Assembly: GCA_038227875.1 (NCBI GenBank)
Contig: JBBRPR010000029.1
Coordinates: 36,939-100,938, forward strand
Reading direction: 5' to 3'
Length of the DNA: 64,000 nucleotides
From: Planctomycetota bacterium
Lineage (GTDB): Bacteria > Planctomycetota > SZUA-567 > H5-PLA8
Position numbers and translations under genes: made by a program. Position 1 is the stretch's first letter. Every line of letters begins with the position of its first letter. The notes beneath the pieces are model-generated. The model was given only the letters and a program-made list of their open reading frames with translations. It did no database searches and was not told the DNA's origin. Positions 48,559-57,534 of this stretch are shown here, piece by piece.

Positions 48559-50427
48559 ATGATGGAACGCCTTCCGGAACAGCACACTTCAAGACTCACA
48601 ACGCTGGTTACCATCGCTATTGCAGTACTGGGCCTCTACGCCGGTCATGAGGTACTGGTTCCGCTCGCGCTGGCGGTGCTTTTCAGCTTTCTGCTGGCGC
48701 CGATGGTTGTCCGGCTTCAGCGCTTTGTTGGTCGGGTCGCGGCGGTTTTGATTTCTGTGAGCCTTGCGGCGGTCATCCTGGGCTCAGTGGGATTTTTCGT
48801 CGGAAGTCAGCTGCGGGAGGTCGCCGGCAAACTTCCGGAGTACCGTGGCAACATTGAAAAGAAAGTAGTGGTCCTGCGCGGCGTATTCGGTGGCGCCGCA
48901 GAAGCCGTAAAAGATCTCAGCGCGGATTTGTCGGGCGCACCCCCCACTGAAAACGGAAAAACAACGCAGCCCGTGAAAGTCCAGACCGTCGATCAGCCCA
49001 ACAGCATCCAATTTGTGCAGTATCTGCTGGGGCCACTGCTGGGACCGTTGGAAACCACCGGCATCGTCTTCATCTTCGTGATTTTCATGCTGATCGAACG
49101 GGAGGCGCTGCGCGACCGCTTGTTGCGCCTCGTGGGCCAGCACGATCTCAACAAAACCACACAGGCGCTCGACGAGGTCGCCAGCCGCATCAGCCGATAT
49201 CTCGTTCTCCAATTTGTGGTGAACGTCGCTTACGGTCTGGGAATCACGCTGGGACTTTATCTGATCGGCGTACCTAATGCCCCGGTCTGGGGTGCCTTGG
49301 CGGCGTGCATGCGTTTCATTCCGTACATAGGTGCCTGGTTGTCGGCTGTGTTTCCGTTGACGCTCTCCATTGCCACGACGGAGGGCCTGCAGCCGCTCTA
49401 TGTTTTCCTTTTGTATTTGGGATTGGAATTGATCGTTCCGACGTTCATCGAACCGCTCTTGTACGGCGCGAGCACCGGCGTGTCAGCGCTGGCATTGCTC
49501 GTCTCGGCACTCTTCTGGAGTCTCCTTTGGGGTTTGCCGGGACTGTTTCTCTCCATGCCCATAACGGTCTGCCTGATGGTGGTCGGACGCTACGTGCCGC
49601 AATTGAAGTTTTTTGACATTCTCCTGGGCGACAAGCAGGTCCTGGAGACACGTCAGCGCTTTTATCAGCGTCTTCTGGCGATGAACATTGAGGAAGCTTC
49701 CGACGTCGTCGATGAGGAACTGAAAACACATACCCTCATCCAAGTCTTCGATGAAGTGTTCTTGCCGGCATTGGCGCTGGCGGAAATCGACCGGCATCTG
49801 GGCAGACTCGATGACCCTCACGACGTATTCATTCGGGAATCGATCATCGAAATTGCCGAAGACGTGATCGGCCGAGCGGGGCAATCGGGGTCCAACCTGC
49901 AGTTGGGTGTGCCCAGTGTTGCGATTCCGAATCTGGAGTCCATCGTGCTTTGCCTGCCTGCGCGCCATCGTGATGACAACATTGCCGCTGAACTGGCCGC
50001 ACAAATATTGCGCGCGCAAGGTGTGCCGGTACAGGAGGTAACTCCTGTGCTCTCGCCCCGCGATGCCGAATCGCACATCCCAGCCTCCGGCGCGGCGGAC
50101 ATCGTCTGCGTGCTCGCACTGCCCCCGGGCGCGCTGGCCCACGCGCGGTATCTGCATAAACGGATCCATCTCCGGAGTCCGCGCGCGAAGATTGTCGTCT
50201 GCGCGTGGGGCAATAAGCTGGGGAAAATGGAACTGCGCGAACGCCTGCGTTGCGCCCCCGACGATGCCATCGTCACCACGTTTGCCGATTTCTGCGCGGA
50301 GGTCCGGAAACTTCATCCAGAAGGGATCGCGCCGCCAGTGCTATCCGCAGCACCCGTGGAACTTGCGCCGACCGGGTCATCCGACGTGCCGGTGTCCATC
50401 GGATTGGTGCATGAAGTTCTCAAGTAG
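48559..50427 (+). CDS. AI-2E family transporter with C-terminal cytoplasmic extension
   Basis: VPLALAVLFSFLLAP, LRDRLLRL, RFIPYIG, IEPLLYG, WGLPGLFLSMPIT. Confidence 0.9.
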   Translation: MMERLPEQHTSRLTTLVTIAIAVLGLYAGHEVLVPLALAVLFSFLLAPMVVRLQRFVGRVAAVLISVSLAAVILGSVGFFVGSQLREVAGKLPEYRGNIEKKVVVLRGVFGGAAEAVKDLSADLSGAPPTENGKTTQPVKVQTVDQPNSIQFVQYLLGPLLGPLETTGIVFIFVIFMLIEREALRDRLLRLVGQHDLNKTTQALDEVASRISRYLVLQFVVNVAYGLGITLGLYLIGVPNAPVWGALAACMRFIPYIGAWLSAVFPLTLSIATTEGLQPLYVFLLYLGLELIVPTFIEPLLYGASTGVSALALLVSALFWSLLWGLPGLFLSMPITVCLMVVGRYVPQLKFFDILLGDKQVLETRQRFYQRLLAMNIEEASDVVDEELKTHTLIQVFDEVFLPALALAEIDRHLGRLDDPHDVFIRESIIEIAEDVIGRAGQSGSNLQLGVPSVAIPNLESIVLCLPARHRDDNIAAELAAQILRAQGVPVQEVTPVLSPRDAESHIPASGAADIVCVLALPPGALAHARYLHKRIHLRSPRAKIVVCAWGNKLGKMELRERLRCAPDDAIVTTFADFCAEVRKLHPEGIAPPVLSAAPVELAPTGSSDVPVSIGLVHEVLK

Positions 50428-50515
50428 GTCTGCGATGGTGGTTGCCATTGGCGCGCATCAAAGCTAAGTTCTCACGAGTGTAAGGATCGTCAGACCTGAG
50501 TTGAGGTGAGGCCGC

Positions 50516-51529
50516 ATGGAACTCGACATCGAGCAGCCCGAAGCGCTGGACCGCTGGTTGCACGAAACCGGCCGCGTCGGCCCTTCGGAGAAGTTGACGC
50601 TGCGCAATCTGGCCGGCGGCGTTTCCAACCGCACCGTGATGCTGGAAAGTGACGCGGGCAAAGCGTGGGTGCTGAAGCAGGCGCTGTCGAAATTGCGCGT
50701 TGCCGTCGATTGGTTCAGCGATCCGGCACGTATTGAACGCGAAGCACTGGGCATGCGCTGGCTGGCGAAACTCGCTCCCGAAGGCGCCATCACGGAGCTG
50801 ATTTTCGAGGACCCTGCCCATCATGTGCTAGCGATGGCCGCCGTGCCGCAGCCCCACGAAAATCTGAAGACGATTTATCTGGCCGGACGTACCGATCAGG
50901 ATCTGACGTGGCAATTCGGCGCCCTGCTCGGCACGATCCACCACCGCAGCTCGGACGAGCGCGCCGAACTGTCGCGAGCCTTCGCCGACCTTTCCTTTTT
51001 TGAATCGCTGCGCGTCGAGCCGTACTACAGTTACACGGCGGAGCAGGTCCCCGGTTCGGCGGCATTCATCCGTGCCTTGATTGCAGACATGCACGGCTGC
51101 CAATTGGCCCTCGTCCACGGCGACTATAGCCCCAAGAATGTCCTCGTCTACGAAGGCCATCTTGTGCTGCTTGATCACGAAGTGATCCACTTCGGCGACC
51201 CGGCGTTCGACGTGGGCTTCGCGCTCGCGCATCTCTTGAGCAAAGCGCATCACCTCCGCGCACACCGCAAGAATTTCGCTTCGGCCGCGCAAACATTCTG
51301 GACCGCCTATCGTGAAGCGCTGAGCCGCGTGCCCTGGGCCGATGAAATCGCCGGCCGCTGCGCCCGTCACACGCTCGCGTGCCTGCTCGCTCGCGTGAAA
51401 GGTCGTTCGACGCTCGAATACCTGACCGAGCCCGATCGCGCCGCACAAGCGAAAGCCGTCGTCGAGCTGATGAAGGCCGCGCCACCCAGCCCGGACGCAC
51501 TCATCCCCGCCTTCATTTCCAAACTTTAA
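50516..51529 (+). CDS. Aminoglycoside-phosphotransferase/methylthioribose-kinase-like small-molecule kinase
   Basis: LAGGVSN, VLKQAL, LVHGDYSPKN, LDHE..FGDPAFD. Confidence 0.88.
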   Translation: MELDIEQPEALDRWLHETGRVGPSEKLTLRNLAGGVSNRTVMLESDAGKAWVLKQALSKLRVAVDWFSDPARIEREALGMRWLAKLAPEGAITELIFEDPAHHVLAMAAVPQPHENLKTIYLAGRTDQDLTWQFGALLGTIHHRSSDERAELSRAFADLSFFESLRVEPYYSYTAEQVPGSAAFIRALIADMHGCQLALVHGDYSPKNVLVYEGHLVLLDHEVIHFGDPAFDVGFALAHLLSKAHHLRAHRKNFASAAQTFWTAYREALSRVPWADEIAGRCARHTLACLLARVKGRSTLEYLTEPDRAAQAKAVVELMKAAPPSPDALIPAFISKL

Positions 51530-51538
51530 GAATCCGTT

Positions 51539-51562
51539 CTTTGCGACTTAGCGGCTTTGCGT
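51539..51562. repeat. Octamer tandem repeat CTTWGCGN x3
   Basis: CTTTGCGA CTTAGCGG CTTTGCGT in the intergenic gap. Confidence 0.55.
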
Positions 51563-51596
51563 GAGAATAGAACCTGTAGCCCGAACCGGAGAACCA

Positions 51597-52871
51597 ATGC
51601 CCACGATCAAACGTCTGCATGCCATTGAGATCCTCGACAGCCGCGGCCGCCCTACCGTTCAGGCCACGTGCGAGCTGGCGGAAGGCATCAGCGCCACCGC
51701 CTCGGTGCCGTCCGGCGCCTCGCGCGGCGCCGCTGAAGCGCTGGAACTTCGCGACTGCGACGCCAGCCGCTACCGCGGGCTGGGTTGCCGCAAGGCCGTG
51801 GAGAACATCAAAACAGCGATCGCGGACACCGTGTGCGGAGTGGCCCTGGACTCCCAGACGCAACTCGACAACATGATGCTCGCGCGCGACGGCACCGTGA
51901 ACAAATCCAATCTCGGCGCCAACGCCATTCTCGCCGTCTCGATCGCTTTCGCGCGGGCGCACGCGGCGCTGTTGAAGCGCCCGCTCTACCAGCACTTCGC
52001 AGCGATGGCCACGCCAGGCGGCACCGCCAGGCAGCTGCCGCGCATGACAATCAACCTGTTCAGCGGCGGCAAGCACGCCGGCGGTCAGGTCGCGATTCAG
52101 GATGTGCTGATCATCCCCGCCGCCGCGACCACGATCGAAGAAGGCCTGGCGACAACGTACGCCGTGTATCAGGCGGCGGCGGAGCTTGGCATGAAGAAGT
52201 ACGGCGCGCGGGCGCTCACCGCCGACGAAGGCGGACTCGCCCCGCCGTTTCCGAACGCACAGACGATGCTCGACGATGCCGTGACCGCGATCGAGAACGC
52301 CGGCTTCAAGCCGGGCAAGGACGTCGTGATCGCCGTCGACGTCGCCAGCAGTCATTTCTACGAGGATGGCAAATACCACCTCGACGGCGCGGTGCTGGAC
52401 GGGAAGGGGATGGTCGACCGCCTGGCCAGCTGGGTGCGCCAGTACCCGATCGTCAGCGTCGAAGACGGTCTGGCGGAAGAAGACTGGGCGCACTGGCCGC
52501 TCCTGCGCGAGGCCATCGGCTCACGCGTGCTGGTGCTTGGCGACGATTTGCTCTGCACGAACGTCGGCCGCATATTGAAGGCGATCGAATTGAAAGCCGC
52601 TAACGCGCTGCTGTTGAAAGTAAATCAAATCGGTTCGCTCAGCGAAGCGCTGCAAGCCGGCCAGCGCGCGCAGGGCGCCGGATGGTCAGTCACGATCAGC
52701 GCCCGCAGCGGTGAGACGGAAGACGACTGGCTGGCGGACCTGGCCGTCGGCTGGTCGGGCACGCAGATCAAGGTCGGCTCCATCGCACACTCGGAGCGCC
52801 TGGCGAAATACAACCGCCTGCTGCAGATCGAAGCGGAGACGAAGTTGCCGGTGGCGAAGTGGCCGGGCTGA
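51597..52871 (+). CDS. eno: Enolase (phosphopyruvate hydratase) family protein, divergent paralog
   Basis: EILDSRGRPTV, PSGAS, GANAILAVS, DEGG, SVEDG, GDDL, LKVNQIG, RSGETED, AKYNRLL; but IQD for IQE and SARS for SHRS. Confidence 0.9.
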   Translation: MPTIKRLHAIEILDSRGRPTVQATCELAEGISATASVPSGASRGAAEALELRDCDASRYRGLGCRKAVENIKTAIADTVCGVALDSQTQLDNMMLARDGTVNKSNLGANAILAVSIAFARAHAALLKRPLYQHFAAMATPGGTARQLPRMTINLFSGGKHAGGQVAIQDVLIIPAAATTIEEGLATTYAVYQAAAELGMKKYGARALTADEGGLAPPFPNAQTMLDDAVTAIENAGFKPGKDVVIAVDVASSHFYEDGKYHLDGAVLDGKGMVDRLASWVRQYPIVSVEDGLAEEDWAHWPLLREAIGSRVLVLGDDLLCTNVGRILKAIELKAANALLLKVNQIGSLSEALQAGQRAQGAGWSVTISARSGETEDDWLADLAVGWSGTQIKVGSIAHSERLAKYNRLLQIEAETKLPVAKWPG

Positions 52872-52887
52872 ACGGATAGTTTTAGTT

Positions 52888-53634
52888 TTACTTCGTCGCC
52901 GATCGTGCCGGTGGGTTGATGAGAAAATCAAGCAGACGAGCGTTTTCGAAAAATTCCGGGACTTCCTTGTGCCCGACGCCAGGGACGACGAGCAATTCGG
53001 CCGTTCCGCCCAGTTCGCGGTAGCGGCGGACAAGTTCCGCGGAATTGTTCTCCAGAGGCACCACGTCATCGGAGTCGCCGTGGATGTGAAATACCGGCAC
53101 ATGCGCCGCGGCCAGGGCGCCTAGTCTTTCAACGGGATTGTGCTTCGATCGTTCCTGGATTATTCGCTCCGTCGGCAATCCGTACGCCTTCGAGATCGTC
53201 TCGAGGCGCGCGGGCCATAGGACATCGCAAACCGGATAGATTCCGGCAATGCTCCGCACACAGTCCGGATGATCAGCAGCCCAATTATAGTGGAACAGGC
53301 CTCCGCGGCTCTGGCCCAGCAGCCGAGCCTTCGCCTCCAGCTTGAACTCGCGTACGACCTGCGCATGGAAACGGGTGTAAAATTCCCGCCCGGCGGGACT
53401 GCCCCACGCCTCGCCCACATCGACGCCGCCGACAGCAATGCCGGCGTCGAGCACGCGGGTCAAGTACCAGGCATGCAGCGGCTTGGGAAGCGGATACGGA
53501 TTGCTGATAAATGAGGGCGCGTACCACAACCAGGGATTCCCCGGAGCTGGAATCGCCGGCAGGATCATGAACCCGCCGAAGGATCCGGGGACTTCGAAAT
53601 CCAGACGTCTGTGTCCGAAATTGTGCGATGTCAT
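52888..53634 (-). CDS. Alpha/beta hydrolase
   Basis: GQSRGG nucleophile elbow, HGDSDDVVP, GVGH. Confidence 0.85.
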   Translation of the reverse strand: MTSHNFGHRRLDFEVPGSFGGFMILPAIPAPGNPWLWYAPSFISNPYPLPKPLHAWYLTRVLDAGIAVGGVDVGEAWGSPAGREFYTRFHAQVVREFKLEAKARLLGQSRGGLFHYNWAADHPDCVRSIAGIYPVCDVLWPARLETISKAYGLPTERIIQERSKHNPVERLGALAAAHVPVFHIHGDSDDVVPLENNSAELVRRYRELGGTAELLVVPGVGHKEVPEFFENARLLDFLINPPARSATK

Positions 53635-53676
53635 CTGGCGCGCCTCTATAAGCCGGGAGCTACAGAAAGCCAGGGT

Positions 53677-54561
53677 TTACAGAATAATTTCCAGCCCCTC
53701 AAACGCCGCCGACACTTTCAGCCCCGTCTTCAGTCCTTCGCGCCGCGCATCGTTTTCGATGCGCGCGACGGCCCAGTCGTCGTGCAGCGGGTCGTGATGG
53801 GTCAGCATCAAATGTTTGACGTTGGCTTCCAGCGCTTCGGTGATGCCGTGCTTCCACGTGGAATGGCCCCAGCCCTTGCGTGACATGCCGCCGCGGCCGA
53901 GGTACTCGTCTTCCGTGTACTGCCCGTCGTAAAAAAGCACGTCGCCGTTGCGCGCCAGTTTCTGCAGGCGCGGGTTGGTCTTGTTCAGGTGCTCCGTGTC
54001 CGTCGCGTACACGAAGGTCTTTACAGCGCGTTCGGAATGTTCTTCGATGCGGTACCCGAAGCAGCCGCCGGGATGGTTCAGTGCGCCAGAAGTGATCGTC
54101 AGGCGGCTCTCCAAGCCTTCGAGAACGACTGAGGCGCCGTCGTCGATGTCGTTGAAGATCATCTTCGCCGGCATGTCGGAAAGCTGCACGGGAAAGTTCA
54201 AGCCTTCCTGCTGGCCACGCAACGCTCGCTCCAGCACCGAACCCATGAAGCCGGGCGTCTGGTTGATGTTCGGCCCGTAGAGCGTGAAAACATTGCCCGG
54301 CACAAAGCCCGGCACGAAAAACGGGAAGCCCTGGATGTGATCCCAATGCACGTGACTGAAGAAAAACGTCGCCTTCAGCGGCATTTCCCGGGCGAGATTC
54401 AAACCCAGCGTGCGCAAGCCCGAGCCTCCATCGAGAATCACGATCAGCCCCGGCACGCGCACGGAAACACAGGTGGTGTTGCCGCCGTAGCGGCTGGTGA
54501 CAAAATCAGGACTGCTGGGAGTAGGGATGCTTCCGCGAACGCCCCAAAAGTGAATCTTCAA
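53677..54561 (-). CDS. MBL-fold metallohydrolase (phosphodiesterase-like)
   Basis: FWGVRGSIP, YGGNTTC, SHVHWDHIQG, NHPG, TDTE, GWGHS, THHDP. Confidence 0.9.
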   Translation of the reverse strand: MKIHFWGVRGSIPTPSSPDFVTSRYGGNTTCVSVRVPGLIVILDGGSGLRTLGLNLAREMPLKATFFFSHVHWDHIQGFPFFVPGFVPGNVFTLYGPNINQTPGFMGSVLERALRGQQEGLNFPVQLSDMPAKMIFNDIDDGASVVLEGLESRLTITSGALNHPGGCFGYRIEEHSERAVKTFVYATDTEHLNKTNPRLQKLARNGDVLFYDGQYTEDEYLGRGGMSRKGWGHSTWKHGITEALEANVKHLMLTHHDPLHDDWAVARIENDARREGLKTGLKVSAAFEGLEIIL

Positions 54562-54616
54562 GCGCGAGCGACTCCTCTAGCAGTTGCGGTGCGGATGGAC
54601 TGACCTCACTGACTGC

Positions 54617-55750
54617 TCACTTCTCGTGGTAACCGTCGACGCGCTCGATGCTCTCGGGCTTCACTGCTCCGCCGCCTGAACCTCCGGAACGCGGATCGTT
54701 GACGTCAAGGGCGCGCACGCCGGGCTTCTCGAACGGGCTGTCGGCCTTGGCGTCCTCTTTCACCGGCGTCTGCAATTCCTGATAGACCAGCCGCACGTTT
54801 TCGCCCAGCCAGTCCTCGTAGCGCGTCCACGAGGAGTACTTCGGGAGCTTCACCGTCTGCATCGCCTGCTGCACGGTTTTGCCGGCCTTGATCGCGGCGG
54901 TCGTTTCGTTGACGAGGTCCTCGAGGAACTCGCGCTGCATCTTGATCGCATCCTTGCGCGCGACTTCGCCGTGGCCCGGGACAATCGTTTCGATGTCCCA
55001 CTTCTCCAGCGCTTTCAGCGTTTCGATCCAGTGACGAACGCTCTGCGTGCGGCTTTTGTAGTAGGGAATAAAGCGCGGCAGAATAATGTCGCCGGCGAAG
55101 AGCACCTTCTGCCCCGGCAGGTAGACGACCGCGTCGCCCGCTCCGACACAATCGCCGACCGTGATGAACTGCACTTTCACTTCCGGCGTGTCCAACGTGA
55201 GCGTCCCGTCGACGGCCAGCGTGGCCGGCGTGATCGCGTGCGTTTCAAGACCGGGAATCTTCCACTGATCGCGCAGCTCTTCACGCATGTCGCGGCCGAG
55301 CAGTTCCATCTGTTCCTTGGCGCGGCTGGAGGAAATCACGTCGGCTTTTTCGAAGACCTGGTTGCCGAACGTGTGGCTGGCGCGGAAGGTGGTGTTAAGT
55401 ACGTACAAAACCGGCGGCGCCTGCGTGCGCTGTTTTTCTTTGCGTTGAGCGTGGAAGTTGTCCCAGAAAATCTTGCTGCGGCTATTCGCTTCCGCCTGCA
55501 TTGCCGAGCCAATAGTCGGCGTCAGCGGCGGGTCGATTACGATCACGCCGATGCGCGTGCAGATGATTCCGCCGTTGGGCGCGCCCTGCTTGCCCTGGTA
55601 GACGTAAACCTGTGTGCGGCCTTCGGATCCACCCAGCGGCTGAACCACAAAGTCGCAACCAGCCAGCACGAAAAGCAGCACCGGAGCCAGCAGCGCCAAA
55701 CCCGCCTTGCGCCAACGTGGTGTTGAAGTTGTGGACGCGTTCAGTGTCAT
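54617..55750 (-). CDS. MBL-fold lipoprotein with degenerate metal-binding motif
   Basis: Lipobox VLAGC; NTTFRASHTFGN in place of NTHxHxDHxxGN; FAGD and PGHG retained. Confidence 0.8.
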   Translation of the reverse strand: MTLNASTTSTPRWRKAGLALLAPVLLFVLAGCDFVVQPLGGSEGRTQVYVYQGKQGAPNGGIICTRIGVIVIDPPLTPTIGSAMQAEANSRSKIFWDNFHAQRKEKQRTQAPPVLYVLNTTFRASHTFGNQVFEKADVISSSRAKEQMELLGRDMREELRDQWKIPGLETHAITPATLAVDGTLTLDTPEVKVQFITVGDCVGAGDAVVYLPGQKVLFAGDIILPRFIPYYKSRTQSVRHWIETLKALEKWDIETIVPGHGEVARKDAIKMQREFLEDLVNETTAAIKAGKTVQQAMQTVKLPKYSSWTRYEDWLGENVRLVYQELQTPVKEDAKADSPFEKPGVRALDVNDPRSGGSGGGAVKPESIERVDGYHEK

Positions 55751-55899
55751 GCTTGCTCTCGCTCTCGCAGTACGTCCGCCGTCCAAGGATGAGGTGCGTG
55801 AGTCTACGGGATAAAAGCGCCTTCCGCCAGTGCCATGCCCTATCTAGGGTGCCACGAATTCTGGTGACACGGATGCGGCGCATCGCAGCCAACACCCGT

Positions 55900-56280
55900 C
55901 TACTCTGACCCCTCCGCCGCCGGGCGGCCCGCCAGCTTGGCTTTCAATTCCTGAATCTCCTGATGCGTCGTGCGCCGGTCGAGATCCCACGGGATCACCT
56001 CGTCCCGGTACCAGCGCGCCGCCAACATCCGGTTGGTCGCGCCGAATCCCAGCGAGAGCAGAATCCAGATCCACGCATAACCGCGCATCCAATGCGAAAG
56101 CAGGAAAAGCACAAAGCCGAACGCCGCCGCCATGGAAACCGCCCCAGTCAGCAGCGCCGCCGTGGGCAGCTTCGGTTGCTGCTCGAATTCCAGCTTCCAA
56201 CGGTGCTCCAGCGCCGCGAGGCGTGCGGCGTCGGTGGCCGGATTGGAAGGGGCTGGGGGAGGCGCACTGGCTTGCATCAC
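55900..56280 (-). CDS. Small two-TM membrane protein
   Basis: Two hydrophobic segments flanked by charged helices; GAGGTG RBS. Confidence 0.65.
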   Translation of the reverse strand: MMQASAPPPAPSNPATDAARLAALEHRWKLEFEQQPKLPTAALLTGAVSMAAAFGFVLFLLSHWMRGYAWIWILLSLGFGATNRMLAARWYRDEVIPWDLDRRTTHQEIQELKAKLAGRPAAEGSE

Positions 56281-56497
56281 CTCTTAATACCATAGAAACG
56301 CGAACAGGATCAGGATTTTTACCTCCCCCGTTTCCGCCCCGGCCTCGCAAACAAGGTAAAATCCCGTCCGTGCCGAACCTGGCTCCATCTCCCCTTTGCC
56401 TCACATGGACGCGCCGCCTTTGCAAACCGCCCCGACCACGATTTTTTCGGCGTGAGCAATCTGGCAATTGCCGAACGTCGGCGTATCATACAGGGCT

Positions 56498-57484
56498 ATG
56501 AGCATTTACGACCGTGGCTATATGAATGAAGACGAGTCCGGCGGCGGAGGCCGTTCGGCCGCTGGGACATTGATTTTCCTGAATATCGCCGTCTGGGTGG
56601 TGTGGCAGTTCGCCATGAGTAACAGCGAAGAGCCGACCGCGCTCTACACGTTCATGAGCGAAAATTTCATGTGCAGCTTCGACGGGGTGTTTCGCCACTT
56701 CCGTCTGCACACCTTGATCACCTCCGCATTTTCGCACCAGGACCTCAGCCACATTTTCTGGAACCTGCTCTTCTTCTGGTTCCTCGCCGATGAAGTTGAA
56801 CGCGTCTACGGAAAGCTGAATTTCTACTGGCTCTACATCTTTGGAGCCATCGCGGCATCGCTGGCGCATATTGGTTCGACCGGAATGAATCCCAACGGGC
56901 TGACCAGTATTCCCATGCTCGGCGCATCTGGTGCGATCATGGGGATTGCCGTCGTTGCGGCGATTTTCGATCCCAACCGCCCGGTGAATCTCTTCGGATT
57001 CATCACGCTGCCGTTGAAATGGCTGGTCGGTCTCTACGTGCTGATGGATCTCTACCACGCGATCAATTTGCACCGTGGCTTCAGCATGGGTGCGATTGCC
57101 TACGGCGCGCATCTCGGCGGCGCGCTGGGCGGCTACGTCTTCTGGCGGCTGGACCTGCGCGTCTTCCGCACCCGCGGCCGGATCGAAACGGGATTTCTGC
57201 AACGCTTCACGCGCTGGCTAAAGCGTCCGCGCACCGGCCGGGCCTCTTCGACTCCGCTGGACGACATCCCGCGCGAACTCCCCCGCGAACCCGTGGCGCA
57301 GCGCGCCCCGACGCGCCTGGCCGCTGCGTCCAGCAGCCGGACGAGCGGACGGTCGCAAGTTGATGCTGCCACCTCCGCGCGCGTCGACGAGATTCTCGGC
57401 AAGATTTCGCGCGAAGGCATGAACGCGTTGACCGACGAAGAGCGCCGCTTCTTGCAGGAATCCAGCCAGAAGTATAAAAAGTAA
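56498..57484 (+). CDS. Rhomboid intramembrane serine protease with C-terminal DUF6576-like helix pair
   Basis: FSH..HIFWN, GASG, AHLGG; tail VDEILGKISREGMNALTDEERRFL. Confidence 0.92.
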   Translation: MSIYDRGYMNEDESGGGGRSAAGTLIFLNIAVWVVWQFAMSNSEEPTALYTFMSENFMCSFDGVFRHFRLHTLITSAFSHQDLSHIFWNLLFFWFLADEVERVYGKLNFYWLYIFGAIAASLAHIGSTGMNPNGLTSIPMLGASGAIMGIAVVAAIFDPNRPVNLFGFITLPLKWLVGLYVLMDLYHAINLHRGFSMGAIAYGAHLGGALGGYVFWRLDLRVFRTRGRIETGFLQRFTRWLKRPRTGRASSTPLDDIPRELPREPVAQRAPTRLAAASSSRTSGRSQVDAATSARVDEILGKISREGMNALTDEERRFLQESSQKYKK

Positions 57485-57534
57485 ACCCACCGCACTTGCA
57501 TGTGCGCCATCCCGGGTTGGAGTTCCCCTCTAAA

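Noticed and set aside
50516..55750. Antibiotic-resistance genes (APH kinase, metallo-beta-lactamases)
   Set aside because: Only fold-level similarity: the kinase looks MTR-kinase-like, one MBL is phosphodiesterase-type and the other lacks metal ligands
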